A stretch of 28,768 bases of DNA. Source: Clostridia bacterium. GTDB lineage: Bacteria; Bacillota; Clostridia; TANB77; RGIG9151. This document shows positions 28,190 to 28,768 of this stretch, one piece after another; position 1 is the first letter of the stretch; each line of letters begins with the position of its first letter. Where the stretch lies: positions 1-28,768 of the forward strand of contig JAEEXS010000007.1 of assembly GCA_016287855.1 (NCBI GenBank), read 5' to 3'. Under the pieces are notes generated by a model, which saw nothing but the letters and a program-made list of their open reading frames with translations, was not told the origin of the DNA and ran no database searches. Position numbers and translations under genes: made by a program.

Positions 28190-28768
28190 ATGAAATTAAA
28201 TGGCAAAAAAATAGGGCTTGGAATAACAGGTTCCTTCTGTAACTTTCCAAAACTGCCTAATATAATAAAAGAAATTAAAAGTGAGGGCGCGGAAATATTA
28301 CCAATATTTACTTCTACCGCCCAAACATATGATACAAGATTTAATAATTCTGAAGAGTTTATAAAAAATATAACTGAATTAACAGGTAATAAGCCTATTC
28401 TTAATATAGTTGAAGCCGAGCCAATCGGTCCAAACAATATGATTGATATAATGCTAATTCTCCCTTGTACTGGAAATACTATTGCCAAGCTTGCTTATGC
28501 AATAACAGATAATGCAGTACTGATGGCAACAAAATCACATTTAAGAAATGGAAAGCCTGTAGTTATTGCCCTATCTACTAATGATGCTCTCGGTATGAGT
28601 GCGAAAAATATAGGGTATCTACTTGCTTCGAAGAATTTTTATTTTGTACCATTTAATCAAGATGCACCAGATAAAAAGCCTAATTCACTAAGTTTTAATT
28701 CTGAAAAAGTTGTTGAAACTTTAGAAAAGGCACTAGATGGCATACAAATTCAACCAGTTATTGATTAA
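28190..28768 (+). CDS. dpaB: Dipicolinate synthase subunit B-like flavoprotein (SpoVFB/DpaB family)
   Basis: MKLNGKKIGLGITGSFC... and PCTGNTIAKLAYAITDN are flavoprotein-family (PF02441-type) motifs that match DpaB. I prefer ATG 28190, 6 nt after an AAGGA SD, over the track start at 28139. The stop TAA falls at 28766-28768. Confidence 0.75.
   Translation: MKLNGKKIGLGITGSFCNFPKLPNIIKEIKSEGAEILPIFTSTAQTYDTRFNNSEEFIKNITELTGNKPILNIVEAEPIGPNNMIDIMLILPCTGNTIAKLAYAITDNAVLMATKSHLRNGKPVVIALSTNDALGMSAKNIGYLLASKNFYFVPFNQDAPDKKPNSLSFNSEKVVETLEKALDGIQIQPVID

Overview
This window is a low-GC Firmicutes (Clostridia/Tissierellia-like) chromosomal segment; hand-counted 60-nt blocks run about 22-38 % G+C. It is almost entirely housekeeping genes packed on the minus strand. 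In minus-strand order they are: ynbB, an OmpR-type response regulator and histidine kinase, tsaB, rimI, a Lon-like protease, metG, sufC/sufBD, an S66 LD-carboxypeptidase, a hexokinase-family kinase, rsmD, a coiled-coil protein, mrnC, a MurJ/SpoVB flippase, a degenerate UvrD-like P-loop protein, an FMN-adenylyltransferase-only RibF homologue, mazG, hup, DUF177, and the F1Fo ATP synthase operon (atpB-E-F-H-A-[extra ORF]-G-D). Only three genes are on the plus strand: a small Asn/Ser/Thr/Pro-rich secreted peptide, a membrane-anchored 165-aa orphan, and dpaB. I saw no rRNA, tRNA, CRISPR array, transposase, integrase or long repeat.

The clearest anomaly is a self-contained cassette at 13431-14093 of about 50 % G+C. 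It has an exact TTGACA-17-TATAAT promoter, a 174-aa orphan ORF and an intrinsic terminator, and it sits between the hexokinase-like gene and rsmD with no mobility gene nearby. Secondary oddities:
- an extra 118-aa membrane ORF inside the atp operon, between atpA and atpG
- the plus-strand orphan between metG and the Lon-like gene, with its own promoter and a bidirectional terminator
- the degenerate UvrD-like protein
- several broken conserved gene pairs: DUF177 without rpmF, rsmD without coaD, tsaB-rimI without tsaE/tsaD, and dpaB without an upstream dpaA

All functional calls rest on motif recognition by eye. No database search was run.
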